Positions 12,919 through 27,459 are shown, numbered from the stretch's first letter. The stretch is DNA of 64,000 nucleotides from Octopus sinensis (GCF_006345805.1 NC_043000.1:130882001-130946000); one strand, 5' to 3'. The notes: generated by a model from the sequence alone, not told the origin. Made by a program: numbers and translations.

Positions 12919-13093
12919 ATAGCTGTTCCGTACGGACCAACGTTACAACTATTTTTAACCCCAAGAGAAACCCTCGTCTAGCTGGATATCAATGCAATAT
13001 ATGTCGGGTGTAGATTGCATCGATAACTAGCCAGAGGAGCTTACCTCTTGAGGTCAAAAATGATAGTAACGTCGTTTCGAACGGAACAGCCAT
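12919..13093. mobile_element. Fold-back MITE (~175 bp)
   Basis: Imperfect inverted repeat over nearly the whole length: GCTGTTCCGT..CGTTAC / GTAACG..ACGGAACAGC; AAGAG/CTCTT; ATGCAAT/ATTGCAT. Confidence 0.65.
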
Positions 13094-13462
13094 ATTTTGC
13101 CTTTATTAGAGTAAATTTGGCTTACAGCTGTTTCCAGTAATCATTACAGGTACGTTACAGATAGGTTTCCTCAATTGATCTATTGATCAGTCAAGAAAAA
13201 TTGAACTACCTAAAAAATAATGTTGCTTTCGTCAGAGCCATATAACCGTTATAACAAAGCAGAACACTGAAGGAATGGTACATGTATGGGGGAGAGAGGA
13301 AAAGAGAAGTAAGGGAGCAAGTGGAATAGAGATAAAGACGAGTTACGATTTGGAAAGGAAGTATTAAGGTTAAGAGAAGGAAAGGAAAGAAGAGAGGAAA
13401 GAATAGAAAGAATAGAGTAAGGGGCCAAAATTTGGGAAAAGGACAGTCATAAAACATATATA

Positions 13463-14126
13463 CGAGGAGAGTTAAAAATTATCCGCAGTTTCGCCATAAC
13501 ATGTCTTTACTATTTCCACACTGCCTTCTGCGCCTGCAGGCTTACAGTTGGTACTACTGTAGTCACGTGATCGAAGTTCGAGCCTGATCGCGCCATTTTT
13601 TCTGGCTTTACAGTGTAAGCATGGTCGCTCCATTAGCAACGTGCACCTGAGAAGAACAAAAGACAGTGATCCGAGAAATGGAAATGGAGAACTGGTTCAC
13701 CATTACCATTTCTCGAGCTTGCTGAATCTTCTCGTCAGTGGTGGGGGTTGAATGGCGTTCTGCTTCCTTTTCGTGCTTCACGCTTGTCCGGTCACTTTTA
13801 AACTTCTCGATTCACTCATACACAGTTCTACGTGGTAGTGCACTGTTCCCGCATTGCACTAAAAGCCTCCGATAAATTTCAGCACCTGACACACCTTTCG
13901 ACCAGAGAAATCGGATCACTACAATTTGTTCTTCTTTGGTGCACATTGCTAGTGGAGCGGCTATGTTTACACTGTAAAGCCAGAAAGAAAAACGGCGCGA
14001 TCAGACTCAAACTTCGATCACGTAACCACAATAGTACCAACAATAAGCACGCATGCGCAGAAGGCTGTGTGACCATAACAAAGATATGTTATGGTGAAAG
14101 AGCGGATAATTTTTGACTTCCCCTCA
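13463..14126. mobile_element. Mariner-derived MITE built from two 5' ends
   Basis: TA TSDs; TIR CGAGG(A/G)(G/-)AGTYAAAAATTATCCGC at both ends; both arms carry the transposase start; the right arm reads into an HTH-like peptide GNSALPRRTVYE*IEKFKSDRTSVKHE on the minus strand. Confidence 0.75.
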
Positions 14127-14144
14127 TATATATATATATATATA

Positions 14145-14300
14145 GCGTGGTTCTGTGGTAAGAAGCTTGCTTCCCAACCACATGGATCCGGTTCAGTCCC
14201 ACTACGTGACACCTTGGGCAAGTGCCTTGTACTATAGCCTCGAGCAGACCAAAGCTTTGTGAGTGGATTTGGTAGACGGAAAGTGAAAGAAGCTTGTATA

Positions 14301-14343
<43 letters not shown>

Positions 14344-14620
14344 TATGTATGTGTGTATGTATGTATGTATGTATGTATGTATGTATGTATGTATGTATGT
14401 ATGTATGTATACGTATATATTTGTGTTTCTGTGTTTGACCCCCCTAGACAACTGATGTTGGGGTGTTTACGTCCCCGTAACTTTGCGGTTCTACAAAAAT
14501 AACCGATAGAATAAGTACTAGGCTTACAAAGAATATGTCCTGGGGTCGATTTGTTCGACTAAAGGCGGTGCTTCAGCATGGCTGCAGTCAAATGACTGAA
14601 ACAAGTAATAGAAAAGAGAA
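14145..14620 (+). mobile_element. SINE family A
   Basis: tRNA-like head, internal (TG)n(TATG)n, tail GCGGTGCTTCAGCATGGC...GACTGAAACAAGTAA. Confidence 0.85.
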
Positions 14621-14627
14621 TAAACGA

Positions 14628-14658
<31 letters not shown>

Positions 14659-15439
14659 GACGTAAATACATACATTTAAATATATATATGTAGGTGTGTA
14701 TGCGTGCATGCGTGTGTGTGTGAGTTCGTGCGTGTGTGTGAGTGTGTACATATGTATATACACGCATATATCTATGTGTGCGTGTCAGTGATAGTTTTTC
14801 TGGCCATCATAAGGTTCTACTACTAAAAGTGTTGATGGCAATCTTCGTCATGGAGATGGTGACGGTGATGGTGGTGGCGATAATTACTGTATTGCTGGTC
14901 AGACTGGTCGTGGTTGTGGTATTGTTGCTACTGGTAGCAGGCAACGGTAGTGGTGATATTGGATCTGGTCATAGTAATGGCGATGTTGTTAGTAATGGAT
15001 AGCTGTGATAATAGATACGTTAGTAGCAGTTATGGCTGAAGTAACATCGTAAGTGCTGGAATCGGTGCTGTTGAGGTTTTATAATCTGCGTTTGTATTTG
15101 GTGTTGACCTTAGATCAATCCTGATCTTACATACCTATCAAAGCGTTCCAGATGTGACCACCTGAGACTCCATTATCCAGTGATTATTTTAACACGTGGA
15201 TGTATTTTGATTCTTGTTTTTTCATCTTGATGGAATACACTTATGATGAAAAGCGTCTTGTTCACACGTCTCAATCCTTATAACTCATAATTTATATAGA
15301 ACTACATTATCCGATGTACGGCTTTTAAGACGGGGAGATATGATTTGAGGGTGATTTAGCTGTTAGTCTTAACGAATCGAGTGACCCCATAGTAACTATT
15401 TCATATAATGTTTATATTTCTCTTTGCTGTTTTCGTTGT

Positions 15440-15808
15440 AGGTGGTTATGCTGCTGTTGCTGTTGAGCGAAGCGGTCTTCGTCCCATTAGTGGGAGAAGT
15501 CCGAAACGTGGTCCTTTGCTATTCGTAAGACCCGCAACCCCCGACACCGAGAGCACCGACGGATGGATGAATGCACATCCAGGCTCCACGGTTGTGTAGG
15601 AAGTCGTGGAGGAGAAACGGGAAGAAAGAGTGAGAGAAAGTTGGAGCGAAAGAGTACAACAGGAGTCGCCACCACCCCCTGTCGGAGCCTCGTGGAGCTT
15701 TAGATGTTTTCGCTCAATAAACACACACAACGCCCGGTCTGGGAATCGAAACCGCGATCCTCCGACCGCGAGTCCACTGCGCTAACCATTGGGCCATTGC
15801 GCCTCCAC
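15440..15808 (-). mobile_element. tRNA-derived SINE (head 1 + tail Y)
   Basis: Head and body as 774-1157, then an unrelated 3' region ending in CAA/CAG repeats. Confidence 0.8.
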
Positions 15809-17141
15809 TGTTGTTGCTGTCTAACTCGAGGTTTACCAGCAAACCTGTTATCGAAAGTATCTGTGCTTTAACCAAATCCTTTTTGACGATTATCAAGGAT
15901 TAAATCCAATGTGTAAATTTCATTTATTGTTGACAGTCGGGTAGGAGTTGAGTCTAATTTGGCTGTTATTTCTAGCTGGAAGCATGACCATATAGAATTT
16001 CCTTCTCTGGCTCTTGTTCTGTTCATATTTCTGTAGGTGGATAGGGCAATGACTTTACTGCTCTTTTTGCTTGTTGTAAATGTTACGACAAGAATATAAT
16101 AGTAAATCAGAGGGAAAAAAAATTATCGATAAGACAAGAAGAAACAAATTATTCAAACCCTCTATACAGGATGTTTGATTTCCTGATAAAATACCAAAGA
16201 CTTCAAGCAATAATTTTCTGCACCGAACCGACAATTCATTGTGTGTAGGCGAACGATCAAAGTTAACGTTCAAGTTTTCAAAATACTTATATTTTTTTTC
16301 ATCCTTAAATGACTGCGAGAGTAATTTAAGCTGCTATCAACGGTGAAGTTGTAGAATGGTTAGAGTTCTGTTCAGCATTCTTTGTGGAATTTTTCACTGT
16401 TCTTTACGTTCCGAGTTCCGATATCCTCGACGTCAACTTTTCTTTTCCTCTATCCGTGGTCGATGAATCAAAGGAAAGGTGAGTACATATAATCAACTGG
16501 TTCCGTTTCCTAAATTTCTGACCTCTGGAGTTTCTAATATCAATTCAGTCCCCAACGACTCCGCCTTGAATGAGCAGACATTTCCCAAAGAACAATAATT
16601 GAAGTAATTGTTGCTTAGCCTCTGATTGGTCAGGATTGATTACATATTTGATCAAAGACATTCTAACCATGACAATCTTATCTTTTCTCTTTGAGAAAAT
16701 GTACTACAAACCACATTATCGTGTGTATCTTCTTATTTTTAATATGACAGGATGCCATCTCTTAGAGGGATTTGACAGCGAATTCTAGTAAACCGGGTGA
16801 TCATGTACACACCCTCTTGTTAACGAATAGAAGAATTTTCATACCATTCCACAAATATTCTATCTGGATATGCTGCATTATGTTTTAGGTCCATATTATT
16901 TAATTTATCACAGTTGATATCCGCGCATAATAGTGTTATATTGATCGTATGCAAAAATGTCATCGTTTTTTATTATATATGCCTGGGAGATATTTATGGT
17001 AGCGGAATGGTATTTTGACTGCTATTTCTAAATTCGGTGCTTGGCAAAGCAATTAGTTAACCCCGATTATAATTATGCTTATAATTATAGAATTCATATA
17101 TATGTATACACATACACATATACATATATGTATATTAAATA

Positions 17142-17519
17142 TCTCTCTATATATAAACGGCAGTTTGTCTGTGTGTGTTTCTGTGTGTCTGTTTGGTTGT
17201 ACCCTCACCCTGATCACGGCTTTCAACCGATTCTGATGAAACTTGACACATACATAGCCCAATGTCATAATTCAAAACTAACGCAGCGAAAATTTTGAAA
17301 AGTTCCCCCAGTTCTGAAAAAAATCGATAAATTCGACATGGGGTCGAGAATCAGAAACACAAACCACAGACTGTCTAGGGGACGCAACTCCACCTTTTTA
17401 ACTCTCAAAAAAAATTTACCATCATTTTTTTCCCATTTTTTTGCTATATTTTGGCTATCTAAAAATGCTCTATAGTTATTTCCCTTACAAACCCGAGCAA
17501 CGCCGGGCGATACTGCTAG
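17142..17519 (+). mobile_element. Non-autonomous Helitron
   Basis: A|TC start, CCCGAGCAACGCCGGG hairpin, CTAG|T end. Confidence 0.85.
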
Positions 17520-17577
17520 TATATTATAAAAATATAATGTAATTTATGGCGCTGGAATGCCAGCGCCTGTATGCTAG

Positions 17578-17647
<70 letters not shown>

Positions 17648-18132
17648 CAGCCGACATGGTTTAGGTGAATCAGTGTATTTAATTGTTTTTGAAGAATTCT
17701 GATTCCCATGGCATTGTACACCTGAGTAGTCACTCTAGCTGCACGAAATAGCAGCGGAATATCTCTCAGACCATGCCATCATACTGCACTGTCTTAAAAA
17801 GGGAGACAAAATAAAGCCTGATAAACTATATCCTAAAGTATTTTTTTGTTTGATTTAGCCACAAGACCAGAAATTTTCAGGGAAGAGGATTAGTCGATTG
17901 CAGCTACACCAGAACACGCTAGGTATTTTTATTTTACTAACTCCGAAAGGATGAATGGCAGAGTTGACCTCAGTAGAGTTTGAACTCAGAATCTAAAGCG
18001 TTGGAATAAATAAAACAATGCTGTTTTTCTTTGGCGGGGGAACGCTCTAAGTATTCTTCCAGTTTGCTACCTTGCAAGGTTTTGAAATGTAACGTCTGAT
18101 ATTCTATGTCTTACAATAAGAAGGCTCTATAA

Positions 18133-18361
18133 GGCGGCGAGCTGGCAGAAACGTTAGCACGCCGGGCGAAATGCGTAGCCGTTTTTCGTCTGCCGCTACG
18201 TTCTGAGTTCAAATTCCGCCGAGGTCGACTTTGCCTTTCATCCTTTCGGGGTCGATAAATTAAGTACCAGTTATGCACTGGGGCCGATGTAATCGACTTA
18301 ATTCGTTTGTCTGTCCTTGTTTGTCCCCTCTATGTTTAGCCCCTTGTGGGTAATAAAGAAA
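18133..18361 (+). mobile_element. SINE family B (full length)
   Basis: GGCGGCGAGCTGGCAGAAACGTTAGCACGCCGGG...CCCCTTGTGGGTAATAAAGAAA; near-identical copies at 57921-58150 and 62015-62229. Confidence 0.85.
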
Positions 18362-18763
18362 CAAATAAGAAGACTCTGTCACACGGGGATAACTTGATTC
18401 ATAGAGTAAACTTGGTGCAAAACAACCACAATAATAACAGCAACAACATGTGGTCGCGTAAATCCGTAGAACACAGAAGTCATTCGTTTTTTTGTTTTTG
18501 TTTTTGTTTCTTTTTTGTTTTGTTTTTATTTTGATTATTTATTTATTTATTTATTTATTTCGGTGTTTTAAATTCTTTTGGGAGTAGACTCATAAAAGAA
18601 AAAATATCAAGAATTTAAAGACGAAAAAGGAAGTCATTGACCGTCAGTAACTACTCTAAGATTTCACTTGGCAAGATGCCAGGTAAAGACACTTTAATTT
18701 TTCAAGCTTAGTTTAACCATTACAAAGCTTTCTTGAAGAAGTTACCTGCAATAAAGACGTATC

Positions 18764-19138
18764 ACTCTTTTACCTGTTTCAGTCATTTGACTGTGGCCAT
18801 GCTGGTGCACCGCCTTTAATCGAGCAAATCGACCCGAGGACTTATTCTTTGTAAGCCTAGTACTTATTCTATCGGTTAGTTTTGCCGAACCGCTAAGTTA
18901 CGGGGACGTAAACATATCAGCATCGGTTGTCAAGCGATGTTGGGGAGACAAACACAAACAGATATATACGTATACATATATACGACGGGCTTCTTTTCAA
19001 TTTCCGTCTACCAAATCCACTCACAAGGCTTTAGTCGGCCCAAGGCTATACTAGAAGACACTAGCCCAAGTTGCCACGCAGTGGGACTGAACCCGGAACC
19101 ATGTGGTTGGTAACCAATCTACTTACCACACAGCCACT
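18764..19138 (-). mobile_element. SINE family A
   Basis: Full head-to-tail homology with 54062-54491. Confidence 0.85.
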
Positions 19139-20171
19139 TAGTTTTTTTCTTAAATTTGCCAAAGAGAACTTTGGTTATCATTCGTCCTGGGTCGATAAAA
19201 TAAGTACCAGCCAAGTACTGGGGTTGTTAGTGTCAACTTAACGAAGATACCATTCTTGCCAATATATTGAATTCTTGCAAAGTATTTGTTGTACATTTCT
19301 GTAATAGAAAATATAACAAAAGTTCGGGTTTCTTAAATTTTCTTTATGTTTCTGTGTTTTAGAGTTGGTCGTCATTTTGAGAAAGTTTTCAAAAGCTGAG
19401 ATTTCAGAAAATGTATGTCTTCTAATTGAAAGAGAGGAAATAAAAAATATATTGATAAAAAAAAAAGTTGCAAAGGAAATAGAAAAATAAAGCAACGGTA
19501 AAACAAAGAATTTCTTGAAAGAAATATATATAAGTGAATCTGAAAAACAAAACAATGAAAAAGAGAGACAAACAAAAACAAAAAAGAACTACTTGTATGC
19601 GACAGCAAGTAGTTATACTAATACTACAAATATCAATAATAAAAGAAGAAGGAAAAGAGACTGGAAGACGAGGGGGTGGACAGAAGGAGGAGGAGAAAAA
19701 CAAATAGAACTCAAAAGAAGAGGAAAAGAACAATTCACAAGTTATATACACATAATATCAATAGATCTAACGACTGTATATATTTATATGCAAATACACA
19801 TACATACATTTATATGCAGATATACCAGAATGCATAAATACACCAGTGCACACATATACGCAAACCCAACTCACACATTCATACATAGATAGATCGGTAG
19901 ATGTACAGATACATGTACACAAATCCACTGTAGATACAGTGGATTTGTGTGTGTGTATCTATACACACACACATACATTTATTTATCTATTTATATACAT
20001 ATATGTATATGCGTATGTGTATGCATACACGCACACACACACAGACACACACACACATATATATATACAGGCGCACAGATTCTTGTAGAAGAGACACTGT
20101 GCAGATTTTGAGATTCATGGAGACGATGTTGTCCAAAAATATAAGAATTCCGATAAATAAATCATTGATGA

Positions 20172-20224
<53 letters not shown>

Positions 20225-20780
20225 AGTAGTAGTAGTAATGGGGGAGTGTGGGTAGCAACAGCGGCGCCGGCGGTAGCATACTTTTTATAAACATTTTCTC
20301 AGTTAAACCATTTCTCTGTGATGTTCCTTGTCTGCCCCTTGGTGCCGGTTCTTCTCTTGAAACTTTGCCATATTTTGGATATTACCAATACAATCATTTT
20401 CATTCTGATTCATTAGATTTCTATGTAATCCTCCACACTTTTTGAAATGTTCTTTCATCATTTGGTTTTGAACCTATTAGAACATATTTTCCCATTTCAG
20501 GAAATATGGCGGACATTAAAATATAAAGCGAAGAGCAGGCAGAATTGTTAGGGTGTCGAAAAATCATTTTGTTGTAATTGTTCCACCTCTTTATGTTCTG
20601 AGTTCAAATACCGCCGAGGTCGACTTTGCTTTTCGTCCTTTCTGGTTCGATGAATTAAATAACTGTCAAGTACTGGGGTCGATGTGATGGACTTACACAC
20701 TTCCTACATGATTCAGGTCTTGTCCCTTTAATAGAAAGGAATATTATTATTGTTGTTGTTGTTGCTGCTGTTGTTAGTGA

Positions 20781-21109
20781 AGGCGCATGGCTCAGTGGTT
20801 AGAGCGTAGAGCTTACGATTGTGAGGTTGTGAGTTCGATTCCCGGACCGGGCTGCGTGTTGTGTTCTTGAGCAAGACACTTTATTTCACGTTGATCCAGT
20901 TAACCCATCTGTAGAAATGAGTTGCAACATCACTGGTGCCAAGCTGTATCGGCCTTTACCTTTCCCTTGGATAATATCAGTGGTGTGGAGAGGGGAGGCT
21001 GGTATGCATTGGCGACTGCTACCCTTCCACAAACAATCTTGCCCTGACTTGTGCCTGAGAGGGTAACTTTCTAGGTGCAATCCCTAGGTGCAATCCCTAG
21101 GTGCAATCC
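20781..21109 (+). mobile_element. tRNA-derived SINE (head-2-like + tail Z) ending in a 13-bp triplication
   Basis: Head GGCGCATGGCTCAGTGGTTAGAGCG...GAGTTCGATTCCCGG; CTAGGTGCAATCC x3 at 21071-21109. Confidence 0.7.
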
Positions 21110-21568
21110 TCCTGTGGCTGTTATTATGAGGGCAAGGAGCTGACAATATCGCTAGCATGTCTTTACGTTTTGAATTGAAATTTCGCTGAGGTCGACCTAG
21201 CCATTTATATCTTTATGATCGATGAAATAAGTACCAATTGAGCACTTAATCGATGTAATCGACTAATCTCTGTGCCTTTTTACAAAGGATTATTATCATA
21301 ATTATTGAGTGAGAGAGCAGCGAATGCCTTCAAAGTGACACTGGTGTACAAATATAGGAAGCCCAGTATAACCATCATGACCATCCGTTTGATTAGGGTG
21401 ATGAAGAAATAAGAATACTGAAATAGTTTAACTTCCTTAAAATATAAGTTTTATAAAATAATATACCATTTGTTTTTTCTTATAAGATACGTTACCATAG
21501 AGATAACAGCATAATTTTTCAGAATTCATATTTAAAAAAGAGATTGCGACTTCGACGTCGGATTAAAA

Positions 21569-21894
21569 AAAAAGACTCCGCCGGTTACGACGACGAGGGT
21601 CCCAGCTGATACGATCAACGGAACAGCTTGCTCGTGAAATTAACGTGCAAGTGGCTGAGCATTCCACAGACACGTGTACCCTTAACGTAGTTCTCGGGGA
21701 TAATCAGCGTGACACAGAGAGTGACAAGGCTGACCCTTTGAAGTACAAGTACAACTCATTTTTGCCAGCTGAGTGGACTGGAGCAACGTGAAATAAAGTG
21801 TCTTGCTCAAGGACACAACGCGTCGCCGGGAATCGAACTCACAACCTTACGATCATGAGCCGAATGCCCTAACCACTAAGCCACGCGCCCTCAC
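21569..21894 (-). mobile_element. tRNA-derived SINE (head 2 + tail X)
   Basis: 16-bp TSD CGACGTCGGATTAAAA at 21553-21568 and 21895-21910; tail homologous to 774-1157. Confidence 0.9.
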
Positions 21895-22254
21895 CGACGT
21901 CGGATTAAAAATAATTGCTTTACACCAGGCAAAAGCATCGCAGCAATATGTGCGCAATATAGTGACCTCATATCACGATTAACTGCGAATGACCTTGCTG
22001 TGGTGAGGCCCAATTGTGATTTTCTTCAGCTTGTATAGCCCATCCCGCTCCAAAGACCCTGAGTAAGGGTTGTTTAAGAATGGTGAACGAAACACCAAGA
22101 ATTCCTCTCAGCACATGGCTATGATGCTCCCCTACTACTTCTATTCGTCATCAGAGATACAGCTATCGTTAGTTTTGGTCTTTCACAACAATAACCTGTT
22201 TATTAGCTTTTGGGGCTCTATCTGTATATACTGGAAGGTCTTTTGCCGAGGGAA

Positions 22255-22947
22255 TCCACATGAGTAGTGATGCAACATTCCATGTACATGTTGCCAGGAT
22301 AGCAACACAGTGTAGGCGAGTAGCTGAATGATCTATTGATCATTCAGAACCAGAAATAAGGATACCTTGCTATTCCTGTGGAGGACATTTATCCCAGTCG
22401 TCTGGATTACTGTCCCTAAGTGTAGTCACTGCAAAGCGTCGAGATGGAGGTGGAACTCGAGGTAATCCAGCGCCACTACACAAAGAAGATTAAAATGTTG
22501 AAACAGATGAGCTACTGGGAGAGGCTACAAGAACTGAAACACAACTCCTTGAAGAGTAGGCGAGAAAGGTATGCAGTGATATACATATGAAAGATTTTGG
22601 AATGTCTAGCTCCCAATTTTGGAATAAAAAAGTTATACCAGTCACGGAAATGGACGGCACTGCATAATAACAAAAATACCGTCTACTTCATCTCAGATAA
22701 GGATCCAGTCTTGCCATAGATTGGGTTTCAGGAGACCACAACTGTTTAACATCCTACCAAGGAGCCTAAGAGATATGCAAGGTGTAGAGCACCTAGACAA
22801 ATTTCTATTTGAAATCCCAAGGTGAGCCCACATCGCGGCAGGAAGCACAAAGAGCAGAAGGGGACCCCAATACACTGAAATGCGGTGCTCCAGCATGGCT
22901 CCCGCCTCCGGCTGAAGACAGTATGGGGATAATAGCGTAAAAGAATA
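22255..22947 (+). mobile_element. Degenerate CR1-group LINE 3' fragment
   Basis: Stop-riddled peptides FLWRTFIPSRLDYC, LEVIQRHYTKKI, SYWERLQEL, SRRERYAVIYI, QLFNILPRSLRD. Confidence 0.75.
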
Positions 22948-23239
22948 TATATACATACACGCATACACACACACATGCACACATACACACACACGCGCGC
23001 ATACACATAACATTAATATCCATGTATTATGTTCGCTTCTGAGTGAAGATGTAGATATAATAAATTTAATATGAAACTGAAGGAAGACTTTTTTTGCAGC
23101 ATGCATATCTTGTAAGTTTTTACAAGGAAAATGCTGACAATTACTTCGAAATTTTGGTGAAGGAGCCGTCCTCAGATAGTTTGTGATCTGCTGGTAAACC
23201 GAAAGGTCTCTGTGGACAATTTCTCGTTTTATATATATA

Positions 23240-23510
23240 CTACCAGTATCGCCCGGCGTTGCGGTTTGTTTAGACCCTTTAGAATTGGAATTTTGGAAAA
23301 GTATAAATTTGGCAGTATGTTGCTTGTTATTCTCTTTAAGTGAAATACACCGAAAAATGGTAACACAGCAGTCAAAACATCGTAAAAAATAGGGATTTTC
23401 ATAGAAAAAAGACACCTTTTTGATGTAAATAGTTTTTTGTGTTAACATAGTCCGATTTGAATTTTTTCTTCTACGGAAGGAAGAGTTAGCTTTCTTCTAT
23501 CATACTCTCA
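23240..23510 (-). mobile_element. Truncated Helitron sharing the 3' terminus of the 9491/17142/29324 elements
   Basis: CTACCAGTATCGCCCGGCGTTGC end motif followed by a different body. Confidence 0.55.
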
Positions 23511-23546
23511 TATATATATATATATATATATATGTGTATAAATGTA

Positions 23547-23617
<71 letters not shown>

Positions 23618-23878
23618 CTTCCCTTCTTTCCTGAGCGTCCAATAATACTTTATTTGTTCCACATCCTTGCATTGTTGTCTTTTTGTTTTCTTGTTTGGAT
23701 TTACTTTATATATATATATATATATATAAGAGCAGTTGAATGAATTATCTTATTATGGATAATTCGGTTAACCGATACCTGGGTAGCAAATTCACGTCAG
23801 AAAAACACGGTTGAAGCTACATGCCAAGGGCAGAGATCACGTGCTTTCGTGTGGAAATTTGTGTTTTTTTAAATACAA

Positions 23879-24129
23879 ATAAATGAAAGAATGGAGTTGA
23901 ACGACGAATTAACAAAATTCCTTTATTCTCGACATATGTTTCGAAGGCTGCATATTCCTAATTTCGAAGGAATAAGGGGTGCATTATGCCGCCTTCTCAT
24001 CAGGAAAAACAAGGAACTTATGTCAGCATCAAGATGAACAAACACTTTTAGATGACTGCCCACACGGAGCCCATGTCGAGAATAAAGGAATTTTGTTAAT
24101 TCGTCGTTCAACTCCATTCTTTCATTTAT
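23879..24129. mobile_element. 251-bp hammerhead-bearing element with perfect 57-bp inverted arms (PLE/retrozyme-like)
   Basis: 23879-23935 is the exact reverse complement of 24073-24129; right end abuts (TA)n. Confidence 0.85.
23918..24016 (-). ncRNA. Type I hammerhead ribozyme
   Basis: Minus strand: stem I TTCCTTGTTTTTC / GAGAATAAAGGAA; core CTGATGA; stem II GAAGGC/GCCTTC; GAA; stem III AC/GT closed by ATAT; cleavage triplet GTC (cut between 23931 and 23930). Confidence 0.85.
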
Positions 24130-24136
24130 CTATATA

Positions 24137-24169
<33 letters not shown>

Positions 24170-24218
24170 CATACATACATACATACATACATACAGATAT
24201 ATATGATGATATATATGA

Positions 24219-24253
<35 letters not shown>

Positions 24254-25607
24254 TACGAAAAAACCCTCCAGGCTACCTCCCGAAAATTCATTTCTTTGCC
24301 GAATTTCTACAATGTTTACGGCGATTCGTTTTTATATCTTGATTTTTTTATTTTTCATGCAATTTACGCATGCTTGCACGCGTGGTGAACACAGTTCAGG
24401 TCAAACAGCTGACTGAGTATAGTTCACTATTCAATGCATGGGATAAGGCCTAAACAAACACATTATCGATTTTTGCACTTGTGAGATGAATTTCGGAACA
24501 GAAATAGTGCAGTTCAATTTTCATTCGCCTAAACTTTAAGTGACCCATTTTGGGTGGTTCTACGAGTTGTTGGCTAGGAGGAGATGTGCCGGGATGTTAA
24601 ACACACAGACACACACACACAGATACACACACAGACACACAAGTTGAGTTTTATATATATAGATATATATATTATCATAATAAGGGTGCTGAATGATTTC
24701 AGTCTGCCAGAAATAGACCTCAAATGTCCATGAACCACTTTGATTATTACTCCTCTACACAAGGTTGTAATTGAAGAAAATAGACAGCGATAATTTTAGC
24801 AGACTGGTGTTGAAATCATTCATCACCGTTATTATGATTTTAATATAAATTAACCATTATGGTATTTTTAGTATGCTGGCCACTGATAACTAATCAAATA
24901 ATGATTTTATCCTAACTATATATATATATATGAACAATACTCGAGACGCATGTGCAACCTGCTTCTGTTTCAGATCTGGACCTACTTACTTATGTATTGT
25001 TTGTGTTAGGACCCATTTACTTAAACAGTAAAAATGAGTTTTTCTACTCCAGCCTTCATGAGTACATATTTTCATTAACATATTGGCCGACCATTCCATG
25101 AATTACGCTCGAGCAGCCATACGGGTTTTCCTGAATAATTACTATGAGATTTGCCACGCCCAACTGTAAGATAAACTGGCTTGACAGATAAATTCGTTCG
25201 TTTCTTTCCGATGTTGTTTGAATTAACCTGAAAAATATTTTTTTATCGAAGTGTTTCATAGATTTTGCAACTCTGTTCTTCATCTACTGTTTATAGCTTT
25301 TGAAATTTTAATGAATTTCATCTCTTTCCATTGCATTTAACGATGGCGTGCCAAGTAGAAAAAAAAAACGAATATTTTCAACGCCTGCTTCTCTTCGCCT
25401 TCAACCATGGTTCTGAAGCTGCCAAAGCAGTACTTTTTCATTGTTAATGAAATAATGAAACATGTGTACGGTGACGTAGCTAAATAATTTATGAGCAACC
25501 TCTCCTCTTTTGCTTTCCATTTTTCTCTCTCGTTTGTTTTTCTCTGTCTCTCGCGTTCCCTCTCTACCTTTCATAGCTATCATTGATATACATGTGTGTG
25601 TATGCGA

Positions 25608-25645
<38 letters not shown>

Positions 25646-25680
25646 GTATATGTGTGTATATGTGTATATTATATATATAT

Positions 25681-25714
<34 letters not shown>

Positions 25715-25729
25715 ATATATATATATATA

Positions 25730-27169
<1,440 letters not shown>

Positions 27170-27459
27170 TAGATATACACACACGCAGACACATACAAAG
27201 ATAAATTGATAGATACAACTAAGTGGGCAAACAAAAAGATGAGACACAGCCTAGTGCCTTTTTATGTTGATAAGCCTAATACTTATTCTATTAGTTTGTT
27301 CTTGTGAAACCAGTAAGTTATGTGGATGTAAATAAATGAACAGCAGTTGTGAAGCAGTGATGAGGGCGAAACACAGAGACAAAGACACACACATACAATT
27401 ACATATATACATAGATATATATATACGATTGATTTTTTCAGTTCCTGTCTACGAAATCC

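Noticed and set aside
24988-25227. Possible minus-strand exon after the acceptor TTTTTCAG
   Set aside because: All frames stop within it and the peptides are unrecognisable.
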